Source: an uncultured Pseudomonadota bacterium (GTDB taxonomy: Bacteria > Myxococcota_A > Polyangia > Fen-1088). Taken from it: a stretch of DNA of 64,000 bases. A model generated the notes under the pieces. It ran no database searches. It saw only the letters and a list, made by a program, of their open reading frames with translations, and was not told the origin of the DNA. The number at the start of each line of letters is the position of its first letter. The first letter of the stretch is position 1. The translations under genes and the position numbers were made by a program. The DNA is taken from positions 514,432-578,431 of the forward strand of contig CAVQDT010000001.1 in NCBI GenBank assembly GCA_963711305.1. The letters run 5' to 3'. Of this stretch, positions 1 through 9,564 are shown one piece after another.

Positions 1-760
1 CCTCGAGGCGCGCCTTGTCTGCCTGCGCGCGCTTCTGCTCGGTGAGGTCGCGCGTGTAGACCCAGTGGCACTCCTCGCCCTCGAACTCGACGACACTGAC
101 CGAGACCTCGACGGGGATGTTGCGCCCGCTCTTCGTGCGATGAGTCCGCTCGAATCGCAGCGCACCTTCCTGGCTGCGCCGGCGCCAGCGCTCGTCCCAC
201 GAGATCGGGCTCGGGCTGATCTCCTGCATCTTGAGGCGCAGCAGCTCGTCGCGCGGGTACTCCAGCAATTCGCACGCCGCATCGTTGACGTAGGCGAGGC
301 TGCCGTCGGACTTGACCCAGAAGATCGGGTCGCGTGACTTGTCGACCGCCGCCTGCGTTCGGCGGAGCGCCTCGGTGACCACGCGCCGTTCGGTGATGTC
401 GCGAACGAACGCGACGCACAGGCGGCGCCCGCCGACGTCCAGGTCCTTCGCCGAAACCTCGACCGGCACGACGCCACCGCCCTTGCGGACGTACGCGGTC
501 TCGGTCGTTCCATCGATCAACGTCTGCCGCCAGACCGCGGCCCACCGCTCGGGTGTAGTCCCGACGTCCAGGTCCCAGATGCGCTTGCGGCTGAGCTCCT
601 CGCGGCTATAGCCGAGCCAGCTGCACGCTCGCTGGTTCACGTAGGCCAGTCGGCCTTCACCGTCGACCCAAAGCACCGCCTCGCGCGCCGTATCGATGGC
701 CGCCTGGAACATCGCGACGTCCACGGAGGACGGAAAGGGCATGCGCCTGTCAGTGATCAT
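1..760 (-). CDS. PAS-domain sensor protein, N-terminal part (gene runs off the window start)
   Basis: My translation of the reverse strand from ATG 758-760 gives MITDRRMPFPSSVDVAMFQAAIDTAREAVLWVDGEGRLAYVNQRACSWLGYSREELSRKRIWDL... It contains two consecutive PAS-like modules. There is no stop before position 1, so it is absent from the ORF track. Confidence 0.7.
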   Translation of the reverse strand, partial: MITDRRMPFPSSVDVAMFQAAIDTAREAVLWVDGEGRLAYVNQRACSWLGYSREELSRKRIWDLDVGTTPERWAAVWRQTLIDGTTETAYVRKGGGVVPVEVSAKDLDVGGRRLCVAFVRDITERRVVTEALRRTQAAVDKSRDPIFWVKSDGSLAYVNDAACELLEYPRDELLRLKMQEISPSPISWDERWRRRSQEGALRFERTHRTKSGRNIPVEVSVSVVEFEGEECHWVYTRDLTEQKRAQADKARLE

Positions 761-803
761 CGGACGAACACCTGCCCAAGTCGATGTTTTTCGGCAAAAA
801 CCG

Positions 804-1778
804 TTACGAGGCCGCGGCGAAGCGCTGCCGGTAGGCGGCCGGCGTGACGCCCAGGCGCTGCGTGAAGACGCGCCATAGAGTGCTCGCGTCGCCGAGACCG
901 ATGCGCGCGGTGATGTCCTTGAGGGGAAGCGCCGTCTCCTCGAGTAGCCGCCGAGCCTCGTCGACGCGCAGGCGGCGCACCAGCTCGGCCGGAGATTCGC
1001 CGAGCTGCTCGCGGCACCAGCGGCTGAGCGTTCGCGGACTCATGCCCACGCCGCGCGCGAGGCGGTCGACCGGCAGGTCCTCGTCCACGTGCTCGAGGAC
1101 GAAGGCGGTGAGGTCGTGCAACTTCGGTGGCTCGGACTCTTGCCGTTGCAACGCCGAGCTGAACTGCGCCTGATTTCCCGAACGGCGCAGGAACAGCACC
1201 AGTCGCCGCGCTACCGCCATCGCCACGCGGTGGCCATGGTCCTCCTCGACCAGGGCGAGCGCGAGATCGATCCCGGCGGTGATGCCCGCCGAGGTCCAGA
1301 CGCGCCCGTCCTTGACGAAGATGCCCTCGTCGACGACGTGCACCGCGGGGAAGCGCGTCCGCAGCTCGTCGAGGTACATCCAGTGCGTGGTCGCGCGCTT
1401 GCCGTCGAGCACGCCGGCGGCGGCAAGCGCGAAGGCGCCGGTGCAGATCGAGACCACGGTGGGAATGCGCGCGTGATGGCGCCGCAGCCACGACACCACC
1501 GCCGTCTGCTCGCCGGCCAGCGGGAGCACTGGGGCTCCCGCGACGATCGCGACGTCGGGGAGGCGGCGGCCGTCGCGGGGTAGCGGGCGGATGCCACCCA
1601 CCACCAGACCGTGGCGGGTCTCGATCGCCGGCGCGCGCGGGCCGGCCGCCGCGAGCTCGTACGCCGGGCGGCCGAGGATGTCGTTCGCGTGGCCCATCAC
1701 GTCCCACGGCCCGGCGACGTTGAGCGCGCCGGTCCGCGGCAACACCAGGAACAAGACTCGCTTCGGCGCTCGGCCCAT
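804..1778 (-). CDS. GlxA-family transcriptional regulator (DJ-1/PfpI-like domain + AraC HTH)
   Basis: 324-aa ORF. N-terminal DJ-1/GATase1-like region (VVSICTGAFALAAAGVLDG) and C-terminal AraC-type HTH (SPRTLSRWCREQLGESPAELVRRLRVDEARRLL...GDASTLWRVFTQRLGVTPAAYR). Confidence 0.9.
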   Translation of the reverse strand: MGRAPKRVLFLVLPRTGALNVAGPWDVMGHANDILGRPAYELAAAGPRAPAIETRHGLVVGGIRPLPRDGRRLPDVAIVAGAPVLPLAGEQTAVVSWLRRHHARIPTVVSICTGAFALAAAGVLDGKRATTHWMYLDELRTRFPAVHVVDEGIFVKDGRVWTSAGITAGIDLALALVEEDHGHRVAMAVARRLVLFLRRSGNQAQFSSALQRQESEPPKLHDLTAFVLEHVDEDLPVDRLARGVGMSPRTLSRWCREQLGESPAELVRRLRVDEARRLLEETALPLKDITARIGLGDASTLWRVFTQRLGVTPAAYRQRFAAAS

Positions 1779-1858
1779 GAATCAATCCTGACCGCTCTGG
1801 CCCAAAATGCAATTTTGTTGTCCTTTCGGCCAGGCGGTCCGCGCGCTATGCCCTGTCC

Positions 1859-2854
1859 ATGACAAAGATCGGCATCAACGGATTCGGGCGCATCGGCCGG
1901 ATGGCGTTCCGCGCCGCCATGAAAAGGACCGACGTGGAGGTCGTCGCGGTGAACGACCTTCTCGAGCTGCGGCACCTCGCCTATCTGCTCAAGCACGACT
2001 CGGTGCACGGCCGCTTTCCACACGACGTGACCGTCAAGGACAACTTCCTGGTCGTCGATGGACGGCCGATCCGCGCCAGCGCCGTCAAGGATCCGGCGGC
2101 GTCGGCGTGGGGCGAGGTGGGCGCCGACGTGGTGATCGAATCGACGGGGATCTTTCTCACCCGGGACAAGACCGAGGCGCACCTGCGCGCCGGCGCCCGG
2201 CGCGTGATCATCTCGGCGCCGCCCAAGGACGACACGCCGGTGTTCGTCCACGGCGTCAACACCGACCGCTACGCGGGCGAGCCGATCATCTCGGCGGCGT
2301 CCTGCACGACCAACTGTCTGGCGCTGATCGCCAAGGTCCTGCACGACACCGTCGGGATCAAGCGCGGCCTGATGACCACGGTGCACGCCACCACGGCGAC
2401 GCAGAAGACCGTCGACGGCGTGTCGGGCAAGGACTGGCGGTTCGGGCGCGGCATCCTGGACAATATCATCCCGGCGTCGACTGGCGCGGCAGAAGCAGTC
2501 ACGAAAGTCTTGCCGTCGCTGAAGGGAAAGCTCACCGGCATGTCGTTCCGCGTGCCGGTCTCCGACGTCTCGGTCGTCGACCTGACCTGCGAGCTGGCGC
2601 GCGAAGCCAGCTACGCCGACATCTGCGCCGAGATGAAGAACGCGTCGCAGGGCTCGCTCAGGGGCGTGCTCGGCTACACCGACGAGGAGGTCGTCTCGAC
2701 CGATATGCGCGGCGAATCCTGCACGTCGGTGTTCGACGCGCGGGCGGGCATCCAGCTCGACCCGACCTTCGTGAAGCTCATTGCCTGGTACGACAACGAA
2801 TGGGGCTATTCGAGCAAGTTGCTCGACCTGGCGGTGTGCGAGACCCGGTCCTGA
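1859..2854 (+). CDS. gap: type I glyceraldehyde-3-phosphate dehydrogenase
   Basis: 331 aa. [12 protein letters not shown]-binding start, catalytic SCTTNCLA motif, and C-terminal WYDNEWGYS. Confidence 0.95.
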   Translation: MTKIGINGFGRIGRMAFRAAMKRTDVEVVAVNDLLELRHLAYLLKHDSVHGRFPHDVTVKDNFLVVDGRPIRASAVKDPAASAWGEVGADVVIESTGIFLTRDKTEAHLRAGARRVIISAPPKDDTPVFVHGVNTDRYAGEPIISAASCTTNCLALIAKVLHDTVGIKRGLMTTVHATTATQKTVDGVSGKDWRFGRGILDNIIPASTGAAEAVTKVLPSLKGKLTGMSFRVPVSDVSVVDLTCELAREASYADICAEMKNASQGSLRGVLGYTDEEVVSTDMRGESCTSVFDARAGIQLDPTFVKLIAWYDNEWGYSSKLLDLAVCETRS

Positions 2855-2985
2855 GAAAACGGGTCAGCAATAAACGGCGCTTCTGGCACCGCACTGCTCC
2901 GGAAGGGCGCCGGCGCGTCGATTAATTGAGCCCAGCGTTGCGACACGTGTCACTTCCGTGCACCCAAGCCCCGGGAGGACGCCCA

Positions 2986-4411
2986 ATGAACGCTCTGCGC
3001 CCCATTTCACATGCTGCATGTATCGCTGGACTCCTTGGCGCCGTCGGATGCGCCGGCAGCACCCCAGGAAACGGTGGTCCCGACGACCAAGGCACCGGAG
3101 GCGCGACGACCGGCAGCGGCGGCGCAACGGTCACCGGTGCAGGCGGTAGCACCGTCACCGGTTCGGGGGGCAGGACCACGGGTACGGGCGGCGCGGGCGG
3201 TGCGGTAACCGGTGCAGGCGGTGCGGTGACTGGCGCGGGTGGCAGCATGGTTCAGCCGCCGCGGAGCGCTCGATTGCGGTCCGATCGGCGTGCCGATCGT
3301 CAATTCGGGTCCGCCCAAGAACCGCATCAACTACGTGATCGTCGCCGACGGTTACACCTCGACCACCGTCAACACCACGTTGATGACCCACGTGAACAAC
3401 GCCATGACGGCGCGCTTCTCGGCGATCATCGGCGAGCCCTACATCCGCTACAAGAACTTCGTCAACATCTGCCTCTTCAAGACCGTCAGCCAGACCGACG
3501 GCATCAGCCAGACCGGCGCGTCGACCAACTCGACGATCTTCAACTGCTTCGGCGACGACACCAGCCGCCTCGCGACCTGCGATACCCGGACCGCGATGAC
3601 CCAGCTCACCGCGAACACGCCGGCCGGCATGACCGTCGACTGGCACTCGATCGTGCTCAACAACTCGCGGTGGTGGAACACCGGCTCGTCGTGGATGCTC
3701 TGGTCGGGTGGCAACGCGGACGGCCCCAAGGGCGCGATGCACGAGGGCGGCCACGGATTCCACCAGCTGGCCGACGAGTACGGCACCTGCACCGGCGCCA
3801 ACTGCGGCAGCAACACCATGGGCACCGGCACCGTCGGGACCGAGAACGAGGAGATCAATTCGACCGGCAACCCGATGACCACTGGCGGCAAGTGGGACAT
3901 GTGGATCGGCACCACCCAGACCGGCGCGACCGGCCTGCAGGGCACCTGGCTCGGCAGCCGCTACGTCGGCGCCGGCCAGTACCGTCCGTCGGCCAACTCG
4001 ATGATGAACAGCCTGTTCGGCAACAACCCGAACACCAGCTTCAACTCGGTGTCGCGCGAGCAGATGATCTTCACCATCTGGCGGCGCCTCACGCCGATCG
4101 ATTCGACCACGCCGGCGGCCGGCGCGGTCACCAACCCGGGCACGATCACCGTCAACGTCATCGACCCCGCGGTCATCAGCGTCGACTGGACCGTCGACGG
4201 CACGGTCACGGTCAACGGTGGCACGACGTTCGACACGTCGAAGCTCGCCGCCGGCACGCACACGATCTCGGCCAAGGCCTACGACAACGCCACCACCGAC
4301 TGGGTGCGCAACAAGACCGGGACCTGCCCAACCTCGGTCACCGGCCAGTACTGCAGCCGCACGGCGTGGACGCGCTCGCAACAGACGGTGACCTGGACCG
4401 TCACGAAGTAG
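2986..4411 (+). CDS. M64-family (IgA-peptidase-like) zinc metallopeptidase lipoprotein; reading frame broken near 3230-3262
   Basis: GGAGG RBS lies 7 nt before ATG 2986. Signal/lipobox MNALRPISHAACIAGLLGAVGC plus a Gly/Thr linker are in frame 0. The peptidase domain is in frame 1 (ORF 3239-4411: NRINYVIVADGYT...MHEGGHGFHQLADEY, an HExxH motif). Confidence 0.7.
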
Positions 4412-4430
4412 TCGCCTGAGCTCCACCGAT

Positions 4431-5015
4431 TTGCCGCGCCGCCCTCCGCGGCGCGGACTTCTTCTCGCGCTGGCCGGCGCGATCGTGGTTCTGGTCCTGA
4501 TCGCCGTGTGGCTGCGCGTGAACCGGAGCGAACCTCCTGTCATCGCGGCTGCACCGAGCGAAAACACCGAGCCTTCCCGGCCCGCGCCGACGCCACCCGC
4601 GCTGGCCGCTCCCCCGCCCCGCGCAGAAGCTCCGACCGCGCCACCAGCGCCTGGCGAGGCGCCGGCCTCACCGGCCGCGCCGCCCGCTTCCGACGACGCC
4701 GGCACCGAGGAGCTGCGACCCTCGCACCCGCTCACGCCCCGGCACGTTCGCATCCAGCGCGAGAACAACCTGATCGGCGCGCTCGAGGGAGCGATGGACG
4801 TCCGCGACGGCGCGGGGGTCCGGCACCTGCTGCAGCAGTATCGAAGCGAGTTCCCCGAGGATCCCAGCCAGTCCCAGGAGGGCTATGGCATCATCGCCGA
4901 GTGCCTCGAGCACCCTGGACCAGAATCCACAGCGGCCGGCCAGCGATATTACGACCGCGAGCGCGGTTCGACACTGCGGCGGTTCGTCGCGCGCTATTGC
5001 CTGGGCGGATCGTAG
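4431..5015 (+). CDS. hypothetical membrane-anchored protein with Pro/Ala-rich linker
   Basis: 194-aa ORF with one N-terminal TM helix (LLLALAGAIVVLVLIAVWL), a Pro-rich spacer and a globular C-terminus. It is tightly packed between the M64 gene and the next lipoprotein gene. Confidence 0.5.
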   Translation: MPRRPPRRGLLLALAGAIVVLVLIAVWLRVNRSEPPVIAAAPSENTEPSRPAPTPPALAAPPPRAEAPTAPPAPGEAPASPAAPPASDDAGTEELRPSHPLTPRHVRIQRENNLIGALEGAMDVRDGAGVRHLLQQYRSEFPEDPSQSQEGYGIIAECLEHPGPESTAAGQRYYDRERGSTLRRFVARYCLGGS

Positions 5016-5020
5016 CCGCG

Positions 5021-5696
5021 ATGGCGATTGCCATCGCGGGCTTCCTGCTCGCGGCCTGCCAGCAAGGCGTGGTGCCGGGGAACGCGTACGATCAGCCCTG
5101 GTCGTTCTCGGGGTTCGCCAGGCCCGTGGGCACGATTCCGACCACGACCACCGGCGCCGACGGAGCGGTGCGACCCACGAAGCCGATCATGGGCCTCCTG
5201 TGGACGGATCCGCTCCAGCGCGCGCCGGACGTGCCGCAACCGGCGCGAGGGATCGCATCCACGGTCACCGGCGACACGTTTCACATCGACGTCTACGGCG
5301 CCGCCCCCGGCGGCGGCGATGGTGGAGCTCCCGAGCCCCGGCGGCCCGTCGCTGCGGCTAGCGCTGGCGGAGATCGTGATGATCGACGACCAGAACGACG
5401 ACGGCACGTTCGAGGTCAGCGGGCCCGACGCCGCGATCAGCGACGGCGATCGGTACCTGGCGGGCGCCAACACCCTCCTCGTCTACCTCGACCGATCCTA
5501 CGCGTCGCTGCCGCCGGCGGCGAGCGTGCTGGCGGTGTCGGGGACCGAGGGCTATCAGCTGGTGGTCTACATCTGCGACCACCAGTCGATCTCCGAGGTA
5601 AGGACGCAGGGCCCCGCGGGCGGGACCGTCATCTTCCCCCAACCCTCGACGACGTTTCCCGAAGTGCGCACCTGCGCCCGCACCCACTCTCCCTGA
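5021..5696 (+). CDS. hypothetical lipoprotein; reading frame broken near 5285-5330
   Basis: ATG 5021 lies 5 nt after the upstream stop. The lipobox start MAIAIAGFLLAACQQG... is in frame 1. A protein-like C-terminal part (MVELPSPGGPSLRLALAEIVMIDDQNDDGTFEV...) is in frame 2 (ORF 5028-5696). The frame-1 continuation is Arg-rich nonsense. Confidence 0.5.
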
Positions 5697-5710
5697 GCGT
5701 GCGTGCGGCT

Positions 5711-7930
5711 TCAGTCCTCGTGGTGGATCGGCACCTGCGGCTCGCCGGTCATCGTCGGATCGAGCAGCGAACCGATGTTGTTGACGACCGCGTCGCGCCC
5801 GCTGCGCCCGTCGGCGACCTGCCGGCCGCCCTTGAGCACCGATGAGTGCAGCCAGTTCCACTCGATGAACACCGCCAGCGACGACATCTCGAGCTGCTCG
5901 TGCGCCACGTAGTTCTTTCGCGCAAAATTGCCGAGCGCGAGCAGCGGGACCCGCGGACCGTACGGGATCGGTTGCGCGGCGGTTTCATCGGTCGCGTCGA
6001 TGTCACCGCTCAGGGCCTGCGGCGGCCGCACGTGATCGAAGAAACCGCCCGCGGTCAGATAGGTGACCAGCACCAGCGTTTCGTCGCGGTACGGTGACTC
6101 GTCGATCGTCTCGACGAGGTGGTGGACGAAGGCGATGCCGTTCGCCGGCGAGTGCCCGGGCCCCTCGCCGCGATCGGGATCGGTGGCGTCGGGTAGCACC
6201 AGCGACACGAAAGGCAGCCTGCCGAGCGCGATGTCGCGCTCGAGCTCGCCGCCCGGCAACGATCGATAGGGGTACCATGACGGATCGTAGAACTCCGGCT
6301 CGCTGGTCGCCGCGTGGATGATCTGAAACAGGTTGTTCGTACCCGCGTAGAACGTCCACTCTACGTAGAGCCGGCCGAGCTCGGTGGTAAGGAACGGCGT
6401 GTTCTGCAGGGACTGGTCGCCGTTGAAGTGCGTGTTGCCGAGGTAGAGCAGGTTCTCCTGGTCCGTGGGGAGAAAGGCCGGGGGTGGTGCCCCGGTGAAA
6501 TACGCGAACGTCTGGAACATGCGATCCGCGAGCGCGCCGTTCTGTACCAGGTCGTAGTACGGGGCGTCTCGGCCGGCGCCGGCACAGACCACGTCCGTCG
6601 GGCTCCCGCAGGGCGCGGTCGCGAACCCACTCATCGCACCGCCCGCGATCTTCTGGTTCATGCAGGTCGGCGTTGCGTTCGGCGCGGCGGCCGGCGCTGC
6701 ATCCAGCGCCACGCACCCAGCGGGCGCGCCGGCGATCGACGCTGGCATTGCCTCGCAGCCGTCGGTGCCGTCGACCTGGGTCGGCGGCGCGCCGTCGGGC
6801 CCCGCAGCTCCCGTGCAATACCGCCCAAAGTAAGAATCGAACGAGCGGCCGTCCTGCAGCACCAGCACCAGCCGTTTGATGGTGGGCGAGCGGGTCGGCG
6901 GAATCCAGTCGGGGCTCTTGAGCGCTTCCGCTTCCTTCGAGCCGGCGATCCGGGTGTCGAGCAGCAACGTCTCGTCGAGCGGGTTGTCGTACGCGGGATT
7001 GACGGTGTACGAGCGCATCACGCCGGTCGCGCGATCGCGCACGAAGAGGAACTGGCCGTCGCCGAGCACGTCGTTGCCGGCGCCGATGTCGCCCCAGCAG
7101 CCGCGCGCGTGCGGGACAGCGTCGAACGGATCGCGGGCGGTGCCGCCGGCGTCGAGCGAATAGGTCCAGACAGCGTACGCGGCGCCGAGGCAATCGGCAG
7201 CGCTCACGCCCGGAGCGTTCGCGCTGGCTGGCACCGCCCACTCGAGCAGCCGCCCCGGCGAGAGATAGACCAAGTTGTGCCCGCGCGTGAATGCGTCGCG
7301 CGGTCCACCCACCAGCTCGGCGCGCAGCGTGAGCACCGGCGCGGAGCCGCTCAGGAGGTCGAGCTGCCAGACGCGCATGCTACCGTCGCCGAGGTCGCGA
7401 TCCAGCACGTTGCCGTCCTCGAGCCCGATGAACTCGTGCCCCCACGGCCGTTCGTCGTCGTCGCGGCCCTTCCAACCGGTCGCCGGCCAGGTGCCGTCGA
7501 CCGGCGTCACCAGGTACGTTTCGGCAGGTGGCGGCGCAGCGCTGTAGATGTGCCACATCGGAACACGCGGATCGGTGACCAGCACGTGGGGCGTCGGCCC
7601 GGGCAAGAGCGTCAGCGCCGCCATGGCCTCGCCTGCGATCTGCTGCTGGTAGGAGACGTACGAGAGCCCTCGCGGCGTCAACTGCCATAGATCGTCGTGG
7701 GGGTCGAAGCGCCGGCGCGCAAGCAGGAAACCGTTGCCGACCGCGGTGAGCTCGAGCAACTGGGTCACGTCAGGCCCGCAGCTGTCCGCCTGCCCCAGCT
7801 GCCGCGCGATCTCGCGGTGCAGCCGCGAGCAGAGCGTCGGCGGCGCGCTGCCGCCAGCGGTGTTCGACGGCGAGCGTGCGCACGCGACCACCATCAACGA
7901 CGCCCCCACGAGGATCGGCCACCGGCTCAT
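5711..7930 (-). CDS. phosphoesterase-family (AcpA/PLC-like) lipoprotein with N-terminal domain of unknown function
   Basis: 739 aa. Lipobox LMVVACARS. The C-terminal ~400 aa resemble the phosphoesterase family (VLVLQDGRSFDSYFG..., ...YGPRVPLLALGNFARKNYVAHEQLEMSS). Confidence 0.85.
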   Translation of the reverse strand: MSRWPILVGASLMVVACARSPSNTAGGSAPPTLCSRLHREIARQLGQADSCGPDVTQLLELTAVGNGFLLARRRFDPHDDLWQLTPRGLSYVSYQQQIAGEAMAALTLLPGPTPHVLVTDPRVPMWHIYSAAPPPAETYLVTPVDGTWPATGWKGRDDDERPWGHEFIGLEDGNVLDRDLGDGSMRVWQLDLLSGSAPVLTLRAELVGGPRDAFTRGHNLVYLSPGRLLEWAVPASANAPGVSAADCLGAAYAVWTYSLDAGGTARDPFDAVPHARGCWGDIGAGNDVLGDGQFLFVRDRATGVMRSYTVNPAYDNPLDETLLLDTRIAGSKEAEALKSPDWIPPTRSPTIKRLVLVLQDGRSFDSYFGRYCTGAAGPDGAPPTQVDGTDGCEAMPASIAGAPAGCVALDAAPAAAPNATPTCMNQKIAGGAMSGFATAPCGSPTDVVCAGAGRDAPYYDLVQNGALADRMFQTFAYFTGAPPPAFLPTDQENLLYLGNTHFNGDQSLQNTPFLTTELGRLYVEWTFYAGTNNLFQIIHAATSEPEFYDPSWYPYRSLPGGELERDIALGRLPFVSLVLPDATDPDRGEGPGHSPANGIAFVHHLVETIDESPYRDETLVLVTYLTAGGFFDHVRPPQALSGDIDATDETAAQPIPYGPRVPLLALGNFARKNYVAHEQLEMSSLAVFIEWNWLHSSVLKGGRQVADGRSGRDAVVNNIGSLLDPTMTGEPQVPIHHED

Positions 7931-8227
7931 TGCCGCCGCGACTATATCCCCACTGGCGTTTCTATCGCCGGCCGAAAAACACCACTGCCAGCGCGAGGAC
8001 CGCGAGCGCCACCGCCACCGTCCATTCGTGAGCGCGTCGTGTCGTCATGCACACACAACACCTGAGCGCTGCTCCGAGGGCATTCCGCGGCCTTTCGCTC
8101 GCTCGAAGCAGGCCGCGACCAACCCGACGCTGCCCTGGATCGCGCGCTCGCGGGTTTCTCTTCTGTGTGGGCCCCTGACTTTGCCTCGCGGCGACGACCT
8201 GCCCACCTCCGCAATTTCCGGAGTAGA

Positions 8228-8728
8228 GTGCGGCGCGTGTCGCAGTGGCCGGACCTCGAATCGATCTACGCGCGATATAGCCGCAGCGTGTATCGGCGCG
8301 CGGTGCAGCTGCTCTCCGACACGGAGGCGGCGCGCGATGCGACGCAGGAGGTGTTCCTGCGCGTGATGCGCGCGGGAGGCACCGTGCCCGCCGAGCCGAC
8401 ACCGACGGCCTGGCTTTACCGGGTCACGACCAACCTCTGTCTCAATCGCTTGCGCGATCGCGCGCGGCGCCAGGAGCTGCTGGCCACCAAGTACGACGTC
8501 GAGACCGTGGCGCCGCCGGTTGGCGAGGCGCGCTACACCGTCGCGCAGGTCATGGCGCGCGTGCCCGAGGATCTGCAGGAGGTCGCGATCTACTTCTTCG
8601 TCGACGAGCTCACCTACGACGAGATCGCGCCGATGCTCGGCGTTTCACGGCGCACGGTGAGCAACCGGCTGTCGGCGTTTCGCGAGCTCATCGCCGGGCT
8701 CTTCCCCGAGACGAGGTCGGCATCGTGA
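8228..8728 (+). CDS. ECF-type RNA polymerase sigma factor
   Basis: The maximal ORF is 8165-8728; probable starts are GTG 8228 or 8237. Region 2 (ARDATQEVFLRV...WLYRVTTNLCLNRLRDR) and region 4 HTH (LTYDEIAPMLGVSRRTVSNRL). Confidence 0.9.
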   Translation: MRRVSQWPDLESIYARYSRSVYRRAVQLLSDTEAARDATQEVFLRVMRAGGTVPAEPTPTAWLYRVTTNLCLNRLRDRARRQELLATKYDVETVAPPVGEARYTVAQVMARVPEDLQEVAIYFFVDELTYDEIAPMLGVSRRTVSNRLSAFRELIAGLFPETRSAS

Positions 8729-9564
8729 CGTTCGCGCGCACGCCGGAGCGGCCCGCGGGCTGCGCGTCGGATCTCGATCTCGACGAGCTCTTGACCGGAG
8801 ATCTCGACGGACAACCCAAGGAGCTGGCTTTACGCGGGCACATCGAGGGGTGCGCGCGTTGTCGAGCGCGGTTCGCGGCGTTCTCTGCCGTCGATTCACC
8901 GCCCTTCGCGCCCCCGCCCTTCGCCGCGCCGGCGAGCGAGATCGCGCCCGCGCCGGCGGCGGCGACCGTCACCCAGCGGCGCACGCCACGATGGCGGTGG
9001 CCGGTGCTGGGTTTTCTGTCGGGAGCGGCTGCCGTCGCGGTGGTGGTGATCGTCAAGATGGGAACCCCCGGAGGGCTCCCGAATCCTCCCGGCGAGCGGA
9101 CCAAAGGTGGGCTCGCGCTCACGGTGTTCGTCAAGCGCGCGGGGGGCGCCGTCGACACGGTCACGCAAGAAGCCGACCTTCACGCGGGCGACGAGCTGCG
9201 CTTCGCGCTCGCCAGCGGCGCGCCGGGACACGCGGTGGTGCTCGGGCTCGACGCGGCGCCGTCGGTCACGATCTATGCGCCGAGCGCCGCGGCAGCTTCG
9301 ACCGCGATCCCGATCGACGCGACCGGGTCGATCACCCTGCCGGGAAGCATCGTCGCCGATGCGACCGCCGGCGCGGAACGCGTGGTGGCGCTGGTCTGTG
9401 CGGCGCCGACCGCGCCCGAAACGCTGCGCGCGCGCGCGACCGCCGCGCTCGCGGCGGCCAGCGGGCGCCCGGAGAACGTGACCTCGCTCGGCTCCGGTTG
9501 TCTGGAGGCGTCGGTGCTGCTGCACAAGAAGCCCGTCGCCGCCAGCAGTCCGAGCGGACCATGA
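8725..9564 (+). CDS. zinc-finger (ZAS, HxxxCxxC) anti-sigma factor with periplasmic DUF4384-like domain
   Basis: Its start overlaps the sigma stop (GTGA). HIEGCARC motif, a single TM helix (WPVLGFLSGAAAVAVVVIV), and a ~150-aa extracytoplasmic domain. Confidence 0.75.
   Translation: MTFARTPERPAGCASDLDLDELLTGDLDGQPKELALRGHIEGCARCRARFAAFSAVDSPPFAPPPFAAPASEIAPAPAAATVTQRRTPRWRWPVLGFLSGAAAVAVVVIVKMGTPGGLPNPPGERTKGGLALTVFVKRAGGAVDTVTQEADLHAGDELRFALASGAPGHAVVLGLDAAPSVTIYAPSAAAASTAIPIDATGSITLPGSIVADATAGAERVVALVCAAPTAPETLRARATAALAAASGRPENVTSLGSGCLEASVLLHKKPVAASSPSGP

Noticed and set aside
757-1812. 351-aa ORF overlapping the GlxA-type regulator. Similar long alternate-frame or antisense ORFs occur throughout, for example 3155-4768, 9273-10865, 11553-13154, 17052-19064, 23789-25540, 27525-29528, 38968-40110 and 47969-49405.
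   Set aside because: These ORFs have Arg/Ala/Gly/Pro-dominated low-complexity translations with no motifs. Each fully overlaps a gene with clear family signatures. Stop-codon scarcity in ~70% GC DNA produces them.
2876-2912. Imperfect hairpin after gap (ggcgcttctgg...ccggaagggcgcc), as a possible intrinsic terminator.
   Set aside because: The stem has a bulge and a mismatch, and no U-tract follows. Support is too weak to annotate.
2942-2951. Perfect 10-bp palindrome gacacgtgtc 35 nt upstream of the M64 peptidase start, as a possible operator.
   Set aside because: It is short and occurs once in the window. With no second site or known regulator motif it cannot be distinguished from chance.
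2926-4419. 497-aa single ORF spanning the M64 region in frame 0.
   Set aside because: Only its first ~100 codons (signal peptide and Gly linker) look coding. Beyond about 3250 it is Arg/Asp/His-rich nonsense, while the HExxH peptidase is in frame 1.
7962-8048. 28-codon ORF (MTTRRAHEWTVAVALAVLALAVVFFGRR) upstream of the phosphoesterase gene, possibly a small membrane peptide.
   Set aside because: The only evidence is a plausible TM helix. I could identify no clear RBS, and conservation cannot be tested here.
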